Positions 63,695 to 64,000 of a stretch of 64,000 nt of DNA are shown here, one piece after another (within the stretch, counting starts at the first letter, position 1; every line of letters starts with the position of its first letter). The stretch is taken from the sequence record NC_041937.1; one strand, 5' to 3'. The notes beneath the pieces were generated by a model that worked only from the letters and a program-made list of their open reading frames with translations, was not told the DNA's origin and made no database searches. A program made the position numbers and the translations under genes. This DNA comes from Escherichia phage V18.

Positions 63695-63972
63695 TACGCC
63701 TCCTCGTAAAGAATGTCGATAGTGTTACCGTCACGATCAACTACATATTCAATAGGGTCTCCATCTTTGCGTGCTTCCGGAGCTACCACAATCTCATAGC
63801 GGCATGCACGGCACTTAGCGCTATTGTGTTGGTATGGCACACTAACCACATCTGCAGGGTCAACCATAACAGTCATTACAGTGCCGTAGCTCTTTGCATA
63901 CTCTTTGCTGGCGCAGTGTAGGCCATAGGAGCACGCAGCTTCAGGATCATCCTCTACAAAGTTACGAGGCAT
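63694..63972 (-). CDS. hypothetical protein
   Basis: 92 aa ORF. Confidence 0.35.
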   Translation of the reverse strand: MPRNFVEDDPEAACSYGLHCASKEYAKSYGTVMTVMVDPADVVSVPYQHNSAKCRACRYEIVVAPEARKDGDPIEYVVDRDGNTIDILYEEA

Positions 63973-64000
63973 GGATACAAAAGCACCTTGGTATTGTGGG

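Noticed and set aside
1-64000. Prophage or integrative element features (integrase, att sites, transposase)
   Set aside because: No tyrosine or serine recombinase motifs or transposase-like ORFs were recognised; gene content is that of a virulent phage.

Overview
The window reads as a densely coded virulent dsDNA phage segment organised as two convergent arms. The plus-strand arm (1-32466) carries early and nucleotide-metabolism genes: ATP-dependent DNA ligase, a lambda R-like endolysin, RuvC-like and endonuclease VII-like resolvases, a DEDD exonuclease, two small paralogous N6-adenine methyltransferases, ThyX, NrdA/NrdB/glutaredoxin, NrdD/NrdG, PhoH and a ClpP-like protease. These are followed by a long array of small acidic paralogous ORFs that includes a clear ribosome hibernation factor (HPF/RaiA) homolog. 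The minus-strand arm (34825-64000) carries a T7-like replication module (Dda/RecD-like helicase, type III Mod-like methyltransferase, C5-methyltransferase-like protein, primase-helicase, family A DNA polymerase, SSB-like protein) plus many small ORFs. Between the arms lies a 2.3 kb ORF-poor region with a palindrome-flanked iteron cluster, an AT-rich tract and direct repeats (candidate origin or terminus), and a second 1 kb non-coding island (44400-45400) holds two promoter-headed paralogous non-coding elements and tandem repeats. Consensus sigma70-type promoters and hairpin/T-run terminators are readable throughout. Several conserved genes (nrdD, phoH, primase, one methyltransferase and others) are interrupted by apparent single-base indels, so either sequence quality or real pseudogenisation must be checked. 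All functional calls come from motif recognition by eye; no database search was run. No tRNA, rRNA, CRISPR array, integrase or transposase was recognised.
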